From Chloroflexota bacterium (GTDB taxonomy: Bacteria; Chloroflexota; Anaerolineae; UBA1429), in NCBI GenBank assembly GCA_012719135.1, contig JAAYAW010000079.1, forward strand, positions 9,723 to 73,722: a stretch of 64,000 nucleotides of DNA. The letters are read 5' to 3'. Shown here piece after piece: positions 1 through 10,179 of this stretch; position 1 is the first letter of the stretch; the number at the start of each line of letters is the position of its first letter. The notes under the pieces were generated by a model. The model saw only the letters and a program-made list of their open reading frames with translations. It did no database searches and was not told the DNA's origin. Made by a program: the position numbers and the translations under genes.

Positions 1-858
1 GCGGAACAGGTGGCGGAAGCGCCCCTGGCGCCGCAGCCAGTCGGCAACCGGCTTTTTGTCGCGCGGCTTGTAGTTCACCGTCGTCTTGCCGTTCTCGACC
101 TCGTAGAGAGGCCAGTAGCAGGTATCCACGGCCAACTCGGCTATGGACATGGTTTCGTCACCGCCGTGGCGCCAGCCACGGGGGCAGGGGACCATGATAT
201 TGAGCACGGCCGGCCCGTCGGCGGCAGCCGCCTTCTTGGCCTTACGCATCAGGTCGCGGTAGTTGTGCGGCGAGCACTGGGCGACATACGGGATGTCATG
301 CGCAGCCATAATGCGTGTAAAGGGCTTGCGCCACTGGGTCTTGCCGGGAAGCACTGCGCCCTCGGGGGAGGTTGTTGTGCTGGCCCCGCGGGGCGTGGCG
401 CTGGAGCGCTGAATACCGGTGTTCATGTACGCCTCGTTATTGAGGCAGACATAGATAAAGTTGTGGCCGCGCTCAAGCGCGCCCGAGATCCACTGAAGAC
501 CGATATCGTAGCTGGCGCCATCGCCGCCAAAGGCGATGAACTTTATGTTCTTGTCTTCCGGAATCTTGCCGTTGCGCTTGAGGGCTTTGTAGGCCGCCTC
601 TGCACCGCACACGGTCGTCGAGGAGTTCTCAAAGGCGCTGTGAATCCAGGGCACGTTCCACGAGGAGTAAGGGTATACCGTGCTGGATACCTCGAGGCAC
701 CCTGTGGAGACCGCGATCACCACGGGGTCGTCGATGGCATGCAGTATCTGGCGGACGGCGGTAGGCTCGGCACAGCCCGCACAGAGCCGGTGGCCTGCAG
801 CCAGCTTCTCGTCCGGGGTGATGATATCCCGCAGGTTTATGCGCACACGGTCAGTCAT
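1..858 (-). CDS. porB: Pyruvate:ferredoxin oxidoreductase beta subunit (TPP-binding), runs off the left edge
   Basis: Not in the ORF track. Manual minus-strand translation from the ATG at 858 (RBS GGAG) gives MTDRVRINLRDIITPDEKLAAGHRLCAGCAEP..., with the GGDG TPP motif and NNEAYMNTG; directly downstream of porA. Confidence 0.93.
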   Translation of the reverse strand, partial: MTDRVRINLRDIITPDEKLAAGHRLCAGCAEPTAVRQILHAIDDPVVIAVSTGCLEVSSTVYPYSSWNVPWIHSAFENSSTTVCGAEAAYKALKRNGKIPEDKNIKFIAFGGDGASYDIGLQWISGALERGHNFIYVCLNNEAYMNTGIQRSSATPRGASTTTSPEGAVLPGKTQWRKPFTRIMAAHDIPYVAQCSPHNYRDLMRKAKKAAAADGPAVLNIMVPCPRGWRHGGDETMSIAELAVDTCYWPLYEVENGKTTVNYKPRDKKPVADWLRRQGRFRHLFR

Positions 859-911
859 TATCGTTGCTCCTTGCTGCTGTATTCAGGCGATGCGCAGCGT
901 CGTCGTTGGCT

Positions 912-2108
912 CTAGGCGCGCAATCCGAGGTAGCGCACGAGATCTCCCCGATCGCCGCTATCGGCGATGACCCTGAGGTCAGCAAAGGCGGACTCTATCA
1001 TCGGGGGCGTGGTGTCGCGGCCGCCGAGACCATAGATGTAGTTCACGATGGGAAGGCCGCTGATTCCAGCTACAAAGAGCGCGGAGGTGACGTCGGTATA
1101 CAGCGGGCCCATGCCCTGCGGGGCGCCGAAGGAGATCGCGCGATCCAGCACGGCAACGGCCTTGCAGTTCTTGATGCAATCCACGATCTGCTGGGCCGGG
1201 AACGGGCGATAGAGTCTTGGTTTGAGGACGCCAACCTTGGCTCCCTGGGCGCGCAGCCTGCGCGCTACCGAGCGCGCTGTGCCGGCCGTGGACGAAAGCA
1301 CGATCACGGCGAGTTCCGCATCGTCCATGCCATAGCAATCCAGGATGGGCTGCGGCCGCTCTGAGAGCCGCTCGTACTCCTCGCAAACCTCGAGGATCAC
1401 GGGCATCGAGTTGTTGATCGCCTCGGACTGCTGCCGCTTGTGCTCAAAGTAGTAGTCCGTGAAATCCCAAGCCCCCATCGTCACGGGATGATCCGTGTCG
1501 AGCAGATAGTGCTCCGGATCGTAGCTGCCTACGAACTCGCGGACGGCCTCATCCGGCAGGATCCCCACGCGCTCCACACCGTGACCGGTGATGAATCCAT
1601 CCTGACAGCTCATGACCGGGAGCAGCAGATCCTTGTGCTCTGCGATCTTGAGCGACTTGATCGTGTTGTCATAGGCTTCCTGGCCGGACTCGGCGTAGAA
1701 TTGCAGCCAGCCCGAGTCGCGCGCGCCCATGCCATCTGAGTGATCGCAGTGGATGTTCAGCGGGCTGGAGAGAGCCCGGTTCACCACGGTGAGCACGATC
1801 GGAAGGCGCATGCCGGAAGCGATATAGAGCATCTCCCACATGAGGGCAAGGCCGTTTGCAGCCGTCGCCGTCATAACTCGGGCGCCGGCTGCCGAGGCGC
1901 CGATGCAGGCGCTCATCGCGGCGTGTTCGCTCTCTACGGGGATGAACTCTGTGTTGACGATGCCGTCGGCAACGTACTGCGAAAAGTTCTGAACCACGGC
2001 CGTCTGTGGCGTGATCGGGTAGGCCGCCACAACGTCAGGGTTGATCTGACGCATCGCCTGGGAGACGGCGTTCGCGCCGTCCAGAGGCATGTACTTGCTA
2101 GCAACCAT
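912..2108 (-). CDS. porA: Pyruvate:ferredoxin oxidoreductase alpha subunit
   Basis: YPITP, VESEHAA and RALSSPLNIHCDHSD motifs. Confidence 0.95.
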   Translation of the reverse strand: MVASKYMPLDGANAVSQAMRQINPDVVAAYPITPQTAVVQNFSQYVADGIVNTEFIPVESEHAAMSACIGASAAGARVMTATAANGLALMWEMLYIASGMRLPIVLTVVNRALSSPLNIHCDHSDGMGARDSGWLQFYAESGQEAYDNTIKSLKIAEHKDLLLPVMSCQDGFITGHGVERVGILPDEAVREFVGSYDPEHYLLDTDHPVTMGAWDFTDYYFEHKRQQSEAINNSMPVILEVCEEYERLSERPQPILDCYGMDDAELAVIVLSSTAGTARSVARRLRAQGAKVGVLKPRLYRPFPAQQIVDCIKNCKAVAVLDRAISFGAPQGMGPLYTDVTSALFVAGISGLPIVNYIYGLGGRDTTPPMIESAFADLRVIADSGDRGDLVRYLGLRA

Positions 2109-2141
2109 TCCACTCCTCCTTATTTCCAGGTCGCCAGGGAC

Positions 2142-2504
2142 CTACTCGTTCACGTTCTCGAAATCGGACTCGGGGACCATATGGATAACCTTGCCCATCT
2201 GACCCGTAAAGCTGTGTGGTTGGCGGATGTTCACAGGGCAGCGTTCGGCACAGACGCCACAGCCCTTGCAGTGGACATAATCATAGGGGCCTACTTTTCC
2301 GTCGACCACGGTGATGGCCGCATCCGGGCACATGATCCAGCAGGTCAGGCACTGGGTACACTGCACCTCGTCTCGCACCGGCCGCATGGTGCGCCAGGTG
2401 CCGGTCACATAGGTTTCTGAGTTGCCAACGGCAGTGACAACCCCCCCCGGGGCAACCTGATCCCAGGGCAGATCGAGCCGCGGGGCTTCATGCTTGGTCG
2501 TCAT
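2142..2504 (-). CDS. porD: Pyruvate:ferredoxin oxidoreductase delta subunit (2x[4Fe-4S])
   Basis: TGTWRTMRP, CTQCLTCWIMCP and CKGCGVCAERCP; start moved to MTTKH after the GGAGG RBS. Confidence 0.92.
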   Translation of the reverse strand: MTTKHEAPRLDLPWDQVAPGGVVTAVGNSETYVTGTWRTMRPVRDEVQCTQCLTCWIMCPDAAITVVDGKVGPYDYVHCKGCGVCAERCPVNIRQPHSFTGQMGKVIHMVPESDFENVNE

Positions 2505-2560
2505 GGAATAACCTCCAACTGGTGAGAATAGTCGAGCATCGTGCCGTGCTGCCCAGGGCG

Positions 2561-3136
2561 CTAGCCCTGCACGCACTCTGAATGAGCGCGCTGGAGAGCT
2601 CGGACGTTGGCTTCCACAACCTCGGGGCGCAGCTTGCCGCCTAGGCTTTCGCGTGTGGCCCCGACCACCGCCTCCAGATCGACCAAGCCCTCGGCCGCAC
2701 GAACGACGACGCCAAGCAGAAGGGTGCTTGGAATGTCGCGTTTGAGCTCTGCCATGGCGATTCCGGTGGCGTCCACAGTCCAGACCGTTCCGCCAGAGAA
2801 TCCGAGCCGCTGCCGGATTTCGGCGGGCGTCTGCTGCGTGTTGACGATGAGCGTTCCCTCTGGCTTGATCCCCTCGGTGAGATCGACAATGCCGATAAGG
2901 TTGGGGTTGACTACCACGACCAAGTCCGGCTCCAGGATCGGGGCATGGATCTCGATTGTGTCATCACTCAGCCGGGTGTACGCCTTGATCGGGGCGCCCA
3001 TGCGCTCTGCCCCGTATTCCGGGAACGCCTGAAAGTAAAGCCCCTTGTGCATGGCGGCCTCGCCCAGCGACTCGCCTGCCGTTACCACACCCTGGCCGGC
3101 ACGCCCATGCCAGCGGATCTCGAGCATCTGGCTCAT
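2561..3136 (-). CDS. porC: Pyruvate:ferredoxin oxidoreductase gamma subunit
   Basis: EIRWHGRAGQG and FPEYGAERMGAP motifs. Confidence 0.95.
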   Translation of the reverse strand: MSQMLEIRWHGRAGQGVVTAGESLGEAAMHKGLYFQAFPEYGAERMGAPIKAYTRLSDDTIEIHAPILEPDLVVVVNPNLIGIVDLTEGIKPEGTLIVNTQQTPAEIRQRLGFSGGTVWTVDATGIAMAELKRDIPSTLLLGVVVRAAEGLVDLEAVVGATRESLGGKLRPEVVEANVRALQRAHSECVQG

Positions 3137-3307
3137 GTTGACCTCCTAGCGACTTGAGATTCGGAGCAGACGCCCTGTTGACGCCTGGCCGGAAAACAGA
3201 AGACTGGAGCATCTATCTCGAGCGATGGACCGGGCGACGCAAGCAGGATGGGCTCGGGAGGACCATTGATGGAAAGCCGCTCGCTACGGATGCCCCAAAA
3301 CCGGTTC

Positions 3308-3337
3308 ATTCTAGGCCTCAGGGCGAGCCATTGTCAA
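3308..3337 (-). promoter_or_regulatory. Sigma70-type promoter for porCDAB
   Basis: Minus strand TTGACA-N18-TAGAAT, about 170 nt upstream of porC. Confidence 0.65.
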
Positions 3338-3566
3338 ACCCATGGTGGCCAAGAACTATGCGCAGGAAATCGTACGAGATGCTGGCTGTGGACGGCTCCC
3401 GCTGTCAGCTCCTCGCCGGACATAGCATGCCTCAGCGTTCAGGCTTAGCCGAGCGATACCGCTTCGATCCCGTTGGCGCAGCAGATGCCTCCAGTGACTT
3501 GCACGAGCGGCGATCCATACGATGCCTGATGAGCGTGCGCCATGGAGGAAAGTTCTCTTGCGATAA

Positions 3567-3594
3567 AGCGGAGGGCCCAGCCGGGCCCTCCGCT
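3567..3594 (-). terminator. Hairpin terminator downstream of apt-dksA
   Basis: Perfect 12-bp inverted repeat AGCGGAGGGCCC-N4-GGGCCCTCCGCT with a short T run on the minus strand. Confidence 0.7.
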
Positions 3595-3651
3595 CGCCAA
3601 GTATGTTGGTGTGTGACGGGAGAGGTACTCTACCAGTCACGCAGGTCGGCG

Positions 3652-4062
3652 TCAGTACTCATCATCCGCCACGTGGATTGGGCGCTCTCTACGCCGGGGT
3701 GTCATCCCGCGTGGGCCGGATTCCAGAAGGCTTGCGCAGCGCACGCACAGGCTGGTCTCGGGCATGATCTCCAGTCGCTCAGGCGCTATCTCGGAGCCGC
3801 AGTTCTTGCAGATACCATAGAGACCCTTCCGGACCCGCTCGATAGCCTCATCGAGCGCGCGAAGTCGATCCTCGCGGTTCTGGATCAAAGATATCACCTT
3901 ACCGCGCTCATAGATCGCGGCGGCAGCATCGGCCGAGTCCTCGTCTGTGGCAGAAGCAGGCTCGATCTCTTCCTGCAGCTGCTCGCGCAGGTGATCGATC
4001 TCCTCCAGGGTGCGCTCTCGCTCCGCCTCTAGCTCCCGAATCTTGTCATCGCGCATGCTCAT
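3652..4062 (-). CDS. DksA/TraR family C4 zinc-finger protein
   Basis: Coiled coil with DSADAA (DxxDxA) tip; YGICKNCG...ERL...LCVRCA zinc finger. Confidence 0.9.
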   Translation of the reverse strand: MSMRDDKIRELEAERERTLEEIDHLREQLQEEIEPASATDEDSADAAAAIYERGKVISLIQNREDRLRALDEAIERVRKGLYGICKNCGSEIAPERLEIMPETSLCVRCASLLESGPRGMTPRRRERPIHVADDEY

Positions 4063-4063
4063 G

Positions 4064-4588
4064 TCATGATCCCTTTTCGTACGTGATGAGCGAGCACACG
4101 TTGTACCCGTTCAGCCGGTCTCGCCCCCCGAGTTCGCCAAGCTCCACCAGGAAGGCCATGCCCGCTACGATGCCACCTAAGCGCTCAACCAGCTCCGCTG
4201 CCGCCAATGCGGATCCGCCAGTCGCCAACAGATCATCCACGATCAGTGTCCGTTGCCCAGCCGAGATGGCGTCTCGATGCATCTCCAGCCGGTTAACTCC
4301 GTACTCCAGTGTGTACTCTGCGCATACCGTCTCACCCGGCAGTTTGCCCGGTTTGCGGACGGGGACGAACCCTGCCCCGAGCAGATAAGCCAAGGGGGCG
4401 CCGAAGATAAAGCCGCGCGCCTCTATTCCCACCACGCACTCGATCCGCTCTTGTGAATAGGTGCGCGCCAGGAGATCGATCGCCTCGCGCAGCGCCTGCG
4501 GGTCACTCAGCAGGGGGGTGATGTCCCGGAACTGGATACCCTCGATGGGAAAGTCGGGGATGGTACGGATGCGATCTTGCAGGCTCAT
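4064..4588 (-). CDS. apt: Adenine phosphoribosyltransferase
   Basis: IPDFPIEGIQFRDITPLL, EARGFIFG, VRKPGKLP and IVDDLLATGGS PRPP motif. Confidence 0.96.
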   Translation of the reverse strand: MSLQDRIRTIPDFPIEGIQFRDITPLLSDPQALREAIDLLARTYSQERIECVVGIEARGFIFGAPLAYLLGAGFVPVRKPGKLPGETVCAEYTLEYGVNRLEMHRDAISAGQRTLIVDDLLATGGSALAAAELVERLGGIVAGMAFLVELGELGGRDRLNGYNVCSLITYEKGS

Positions 4589-4807
4589 CGATTCCTCATC
4601 TATCTGGAATACCACGTAAAACCCGATAGCCTGTCGGGCAGTATCCCCAACAGGCAATTGGCTGTATCTACGCGGATGTTACCACTCGCCGCGAGGCCTG
4701 TCAAAAGCATGTTGAGGCCTGTGGATCTCCATCTGGTGTGGCTTGCGCGATCCTTGGCTGGTCCAATCTGGACTTGGCCGGGGTTACCTCAGTCTCATCC
4801 TGTCCTG

Positions 4808-4816
4808 TGGTATAAT
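4808..4816 (+). promoter_or_regulatory. Extended -10 promoter element
   Basis: TGgTATAAT about 110 nt upstream of the glycosyltransferase-like gene. Confidence 0.55.
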
Positions 4817-4925
4817 CTACCACGCAAAGACGGGGGCACTTGAGCCCTCGGACGGAAGGATCCGAAGGGGTCGCGGTCACCGGCCAGGGCACGCGATCAC
4901 CGCTCACAGGACGAGGTCAGAGACG

Positions 4926-6221
4926 ATGTCGTTGCTCGACAACACCATCCTGCAGTATGAGACGACGCTGGCGCGCGACGCCCAGCGCAGAATTCGGCAG
5001 CTTGGCAGTGCCGATCTCCTGATCGGCATACCCAGCCATCGTAATGGGCGCACGATCGGTGAGGTCGTGGATGCGCTGGTGGCAGGGATCCGTTCTTACT
5101 ACCCGGATCAGCGTGTTGTGCTGATGAATGCAGATGGCGGGTCGTCCGATAGCACGGTACGCCACCTGCGCGATGCTGACGTACCGGACAACGTCAGCAA
5201 GCTCCTGACCACCTATGATGGCCCCACCGGCAAAGGTGCGGCTATCCGGTGCCTCTTTGAGGCAGGAGCCCGTTTGGGTGTGCGTGCGTGTGTTATCGTC
5301 GAGGCACGCGCGCTCGGAATCCAGCCGGAGTGGCTGCCGGCGCTGGTTTCCCCGGTGCTGCAGGGCGATGATCTGGTCATGGGCTGCTACCAGCGTGCGG
5401 CGATCGATGCGGCACTGACTGACAACCTGGCGTACCCCTTTCTTCACTCCTTTTGGGGATCGGACCTTCGCGAGCCATTGGCGGGCGAGTTCTGTGTCAG
5501 CGGTCCCACCGCCGCCCGCCTGGCGGCAGCGGATGTGTGGGAGACCAACGTGGCTCGATTCGGCGTCAACGCGTGGATCGCCTTATATGCAATCACCGAG
5601 CATCTGAGGCTGGCGCAGGTCGATCTCGGCTACCGGGGGCCGAGCGGGGGCGAGCCCGCCATGCCTGGCGATCTCCGCTTCATTCACACAGTCGGAACGC
5701 TCTTCCGCGCTCTGATGGTGAACCGGCGCTCCTGGATGCAAGGCATGGGCAGCGTCCCGGCCCCTTTCCGGGGATTGCGGGCCGTCGACCGCCGGATGGA
5801 GGGGGAGGAAGATATCGCTCCGCTGCTGGCGGCCTTCCGGGAAGGAGGGCGCGAGTTTGCCACGGACTGGCAAGGAATCCTGGCCGCGGAGACACTGAAG
5901 CGTGTTCTGGATCTCCAGAGCGCATCGGACGAGCTGCTGTCCTTTCCCATCGATCTATGGGTTCGCGTGATCTACGAGTTCGCGACGGTGTTCAACAAGG
6001 GCGAAGGCGATCCGGACAAGGTTGTCGAGGCGCTTCTCCCACTATACTACGGGCGGGCCGCCGTCTATGCGCGCGAAGTGTCGCAGATGAGCCTGTATGA
6101 GCGCGACCGCGCCGTTCAGGGGTTCTGCGCCGCCTTTGATGCGCAGCGCGAGTACTTTCGGCAGATGTGGGAAACCTACCAGGAGTGGGAGGATGATGTG
6201 ACCCACTACTGGACGAGCTAG
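4926..6221 (+). CDS. Glucosylglycerate/mannosylglycerate synthase-like GT-A protein, catalytic motifs degenerate
   Basis: ADLLIGIPS..N..TIGEVV, NADGGSSDST, GKGAA and the C-terminal LLPLYYGR region match the Ggs-like family as I recall it; the DxD position reads EAR. Confidence 0.7.
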   Translation: MSLLDNTILQYETTLARDAQRRIRQLGSADLLIGIPSHRNGRTIGEVVDALVAGIRSYYPDQRVVLMNADGGSSDSTVRHLRDADVPDNVSKLLTTYDGPTGKGAAIRCLFEAGARLGVRACVIVEARALGIQPEWLPALVSPVLQGDDLVMGCYQRAAIDAALTDNLAYPFLHSFWGSDLREPLAGEFCVSGPTAARLAAADVWETNVARFGVNAWIALYAITEHLRLAQVDLGYRGPSGGEPAMPGDLRFIHTVGTLFRALMVNRRSWMQGMGSVPAPFRGLRAVDRRMEGEEDIAPLLAAFREGGREFATDWQGILAAETLKRVLDLQSASDELLSFPIDLWVRVIYEFATVFNKGEGDPDKVVEALLPLYYGRAAVYAREVSQMSLYERDRAVQGFCAAFDAQREYFRQMWETYQEWEDDVTHYWTS

Positions 6222-6283
6222 TTGCCGGCCGCGGGGCCGGAGCCGCTAGCTCCGCCTTCGCAAGCGGCCAAAAGGAGAGGGAT

Positions 6284-9200
6284 GTGAGCGCCGTCCACCG
6301 GGGCAGGTATCGGATGCGGGTGGTCATTGCCGCGGTCCTCGCGATCGCCCTGTTGGTGGCGCCGACGTTTGCTTCATCCGATGCGCCTTGCGTTGCCGCG
6401 CAGGCTCCATCCGGTGTGCGATACATCATCTCGCTTGAGACCACTGGCCTCGAACTGGCATCTCAGGACGAGGCCGCTGCGGCCAGAGGGGGTCCCCCGC
6501 TCGCCTACGACGCGCTCGCGGCCGACGTGATGGAGCGCGTTGCACAGATCCCCGGTGCCTCGGTTGAAACAAGGCTGGGAGGTTTGTTTGAGGGCCTCGT
6601 CGTGCGCATCGGCGCAGGAGATGAACAGGCACTGGCCAGCCTGTCCTCTCTACCCGGGGTTCGAGCGGTCTATCCCGATGCCGAGTTCGGCCTTGCGATG
6701 GACCAAGCCCTTGAGGTGACAGGCGTGGACTTGGCGTGGGCCATGGTGGGAGGGAGCGCGAGCGCAGGCGCCGGCGTGCGCGTGGCACTCATCGACGGCG
6801 GCGTCGATCCGGCGCATCCGATGCTTTCGGCCCCAGACTGGGCGTTCCCCGCCGGCTATCCGCTCGGGTGGCCAGCGTACGCCTCTCCCAAGGTGATCGC
6901 CGCCAGGGCGTACTTTCGTGCCGGGGACCCTCCCGCGCAAGGCGAGGGTACCCCGAGCCCCGGATCACTCAGCTCGGGACACGGCACGCATATGGCTGCG
7001 GTCGTGGCGGGTATGCCCGTGACTGTCACGCTCGATGGCCAGGAGCGCTCGCTGGCCGGCGTGGCGCCTGGCGCCCGGTTGATGAACTATCGGGTGTTCT
7101 ATCCCTCCGCCTCCGATGGATACGAGCGCGCCTATGCCGCGGAGATCATCCAGGCCATCGCCGATGCGGTTCAGGATGGCGCGAACGTCCTCTGCCTGGG
7201 CTGGAGCGGCGGCGCGGAGGAGCTTCCATATGCTTCGCCGGTGGCTGATGCCCTGCGCGCCGCGATGGATCTGGGGGTCATCGTCGTCGCGCCTGCCGGC
7301 AACGACGGACCAGGCCACGGTTCCGCGAGCCGTCTGCCGGGTGGTATCGAGGAGGTTATCACCGTCGGCGCCCAGGGCGTTTCCTACGGGCGAGCGCAGT
7401 TCGGCGCTTCTCTTGTCCAGGACACCCCGCTTGTGTCTCTCCAGGCGATCGCAGACGTCGCAGCTGGCGGCGATCCCTACGGATGTGCCCCAGTGCCCGC
7501 CGGGAGCCTGAACGATGCGGCGGTGCTCATCCGCCGCGGCGCGTGCTCCTTTGCCGACAAGGCCTATCACGCCCAACAGGCCGGCGCTGCGATCTCGCTG
7601 ATCATCAACGACGAGGACACGGTCACGGAGATGGGCTGCTCCGGCGCCTATTGCGCCCCGGGCACGATTACCATCCCGGTAGCCATGTTGCCCAGCGCGG
7701 CGGGGGAGCAACTGCTCACCTGGGCTCAGACGTTCGGTGCGATGCCTACGGTAATGCTGGGGGTCTCCGGACGCCTGCTATCCGGCAGTCCTGAGTTGCT
7801 GCCGGGCTTTTCCGCGCGCGGGCCCGCATTTGGACTCTATCTCAAGCCAGACTTGGTCGCCCCTGGGGCCGCGATTCTCTCGGCTGCGCCGACGGGAGGA
7901 ACCGCAGGAGAGTATTCTGTGCTCAGCGGGACGAGCATCGCCGCGGCCCATGTTGCCGGAGCGGCCGCGGTGGTTCTCGGCACACATCCCGGGTGGCAGC
8001 AGCAGGAAGTAAAGGCCGCCCTGATGGGTACCGCCCGCAGGGGGGCAGCGGATGGCATCGACGAGCCGGCTGCGCGGCAGGGCGTGCTGGATTACGGCGC
8101 CGGTCTGCTGGATCTTCCTCGGGCACTCAGCCCGTCCCTCTTGATCGATCCCGCCAGCTTGTCGCTCGGGTCCCTCTCCGACTCAAACCCACGCGAGGTT
8201 CAGCTGCGGGTCCGCGATGTGCGTACGAGCGGCGAGACGCGTGAGTGGTCCATACAGACAGAGTTGACGGAGGGCCTGTCGTTGGTATCGCCGCAGTCGC
8301 TGAACACCCAGCCGGGTGAAGAGGCCCTCCTGGAACTGGCTTTCAGCATGGCGCCAGGGGCCGAGGCTAGCCTCAGTGCCGTGGTCACTCTGTCTGATGG
8401 GAGCGACTCCTATCGGCTGCCGGTGTGGGGCGCTGCGGAACCGCTTCCGGCTGGTGCCACGGTACTTCTGGTTGATAACGACCTGGAGTTTAGCGGGGGA
8501 AGCGTCGATACGCGACCGTCGATTGAGGCGGTTCTCACACAACTCGGCGTGAGCTTTGCCGTGTGGGATTCGGATGCCCTGGCAGGTGCGGCACAGACTT
8601 GGCCGGATGCCGAGACCCTGCAGGGGTACGAAGCGATCATCTGGACGCTGGGTGAGAAGCTGCATCCGGATGGGACCTTTGCCGTCTCCACGCCGCCCAC
8701 TTCCCGTGACGAGCAGGCGCTCATGAGCTACCTGGATTCCGGGGGGCGCCTGCTCGCCATGGGACAGAACGCCGCGGAGGCGCTGGACACGAACCCGGAT
8801 CCGGATCCCGTCTGGGGTCGCTCGACGCTGTTCCATGCCTATCTGGGCTCCCACTGGTTGCAGGGCAACGTTTTTGGCACGGCCTCGGCGCCGCCCGAGA
8901 CAGTCGCCGTCACCGGGCTGCCAGGCACATTCATGCAGGGGGTGCTGCTGGACCTCGGCGCACTGGGAAGCGGAGCAGGAAACCAGCACAGCATCGATGA
9001 ACTGGGGGCAGGCGGCGCCCCCTCAGCGGTAGATGACCGCGTGGTGCCTGTGGCGGCTGCTACGGGCTCGAAGACGCTCGGTGCGGGCTATGTGATGCTT
9101 GCCATATACAGCGATCCGACCCTGGAAGATCCAGACGTTGACATAACCTATCGTGCCGTGAACCAGTCCTTTGGTCTGGAGGGCATCAACGATCGCATCG

Positions 9201-9901
9201 AGGTCACACGCGCGCGGGATCTGCTTCGTCGGCAGCTGGATTGGCTCCTCGATGACCTGGACGTCACGGTGGCATCTGACTTGGTGGGCGGTCCCTACGC
9301 CGTTACCTGCCTGGTCGCTGAGGCCGCGTCTTCGGTCGGCGCTTCTATCGTTTCAGAGCGTTGGCGGGTGGGTGAGGGAGCCAGCGCCGAGATCGTCGCA
9401 GCCGTCGGCGGTAAGGCTTGCGTAACCTTTACCGATGTGGGTGAGTATCCTGTGACTGTTGAGGTGCGAGATGCGCTGGGACATACGGCCCTGGGCGAGG
9501 GCGTGGTCCGCATCGTACCTGGCGGGGCCTCCGACCTGCGAGCCAGCCGGTCCGAAGCGTTGGCGGGCGATGAGATAGTCTACACCATCCGGGCCATGAA
9601 CACCGGTCTGACCAGCATCGAGGGGCGCTTCTCCATGCCTCTTCCTGCCGGGGTAACGCACTTGAGCCACACCGGCGAGGGCGTGTCGTACATCGGCGGC
9701 GTGCTCGAGTGGCAAGGCGCGCTCGCCCCGGGCGCGACCCACACTGCGTCGCTGACCGTGCAGATCGGCGAGGGCCATGAGCCGGGCGCGCTTATCCAGG
9801 CGGCGGCCACGTTCACCATGGAAGGAACGGCCTTTGTCCGGCGTGTCGCCACGGAGATTGGGGGATACCCTCTCTTGTTCCTGCCGGTGTTGCGGCGCTG
9901 A
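6284..9901 (+). CDS. Secreted S8 subtilisin-like serine protease with propeptide, PA domain, PKD-like and DUF11-like domains, and a C-terminal FLPVLRR tail
   Basis: Signal peptide; triad IDGG, HGTHMA, GTSIAA; oxyanion AGNDG; PA motif LIRRGACSFADKA; C-terminus YPLLFLPVLRR. The true start may be the ATG at about 6314. Confidence 0.9.
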   Translation: MSAVHRGRYRMRVVIAAVLAIALLVAPTFASSDAPCVAAQAPSGVRYIISLETTGLELASQDEAAAARGGPPLAYDALAADVMERVAQIPGASVETRLGGLFEGLVVRIGAGDEQALASLSSLPGVRAVYPDAEFGLAMDQALEVTGVDLAWAMVGGSASAGAGVRVALIDGGVDPAHPMLSAPDWAFPAGYPLGWPAYASPKVIAARAYFRAGDPPAQGEGTPSPGSLSSGHGTHMAAVVAGMPVTVTLDGQERSLAGVAPGARLMNYRVFYPSASDGYERAYAAEIIQAIADAVQDGANVLCLGWSGGAEELPYASPVADALRAAMDLGVIVVAPAGNDGPGHGSASRLPGGIEEVITVGAQGVSYGRAQFGASLVQDTPLVSLQAIADVAAGGDPYGCAPVPAGSLNDAAVLIRRGACSFADKAYHAQQAGAAISLIINDEDTVTEMGCSGAYCAPGTITIPVAMLPSAAGEQLLTWAQTFGAMPTVMLGVSGRLLSGSPELLPGFSARGPAFGLYLKPDLVAPGAAILSAAPTGGTAGEYSVLSGTSIAAAHVAGAAAVVLGTHPGWQQQEVKAALMGTARRGAADGIDEPAARQGVLDYGAGLLDLPRALSPSLLIDPASLSLGSLSDSNPREVQLRVRDVRTSGETREWSIQTELTEGLSLVSPQSLNTQPGEEALLELAFSMAPGAEASLSAVVTLSDGSDSYRLPVWGAAEPLPAGATVLLVDNDLEFSGGSVDTRPSIEAVLTQLGVSFAVWDSDALAGAAQTWPDAETLQGYEAIIWTLGEKLHPDGTFAVSTPPTSRDEQALMSYLDSGGRLLAMGQNAAEALDTNPDPDPVWGRSTLFHAYLGSHWLQGNVFGTASAPPETVAVTGLPGTFMQGVLLDLGALGSGAGNQHSIDELGAGGAPSAVDDRVVPVAAATGSKTLGAGYVMLAIYSDPTLEDPDVDITYRAVNQSFGLEGINDRIEVTRARDLLRRQLDWLLDDLDVTVASDLVGGPYAVTCLVAEAASSVGASIVSERWRVGEGASAEIVAAVGGKACVTFTDVGEYPVTVEVRDALGHTALGEGVVRIVPGGASDLRASRSEALAGDEIVYTIRAMNTGLTSIEGRFSMPLPAGVTHLSHTGEGVSYIGGVLEWQGALAPGATHTASLTVQIGEGHEPGALIQAAATFTMEGTAFVRRVATEIGGYPLLFLPVLRR

Positions 9902-10179
9902 AGACTCTGGGGCGTGCCCAACCTGAGCCGCCTCTGCCCGGGGGTGCTACCGGCGGCTAGGCCCGATGGCCTTTCCACTGTGGACCGCGATCTCTTGGTT
10001 CCGAAGCGAAGGCGGTTGATGGCAGGCGTGCCGGAGTTCTCCAGTCTGGCCACTCGACCTCGCCGGCCACCTGGCTGCGCTGGATCACCGCCCCGTGTGC
10101 AGCGGCGCTACAGAGACGGGTGCGGGCTCGGCGTTCCGACGGGGCGTCAAAGCCATGGAGGAACTCCGTTTGGCCCGAA

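Noticed and set aside
10-915. 301-aa plus-strand ORF
   Set aside because: Antisense shadow of porB, which the ORF track missed because it runs off the window edge.
3154-4032. 292-aa plus-strand ORF
   Set aside because: Overlaps the por promoter, a terminator and the dksA-like gene on the opposite strand; no recognisable motifs.
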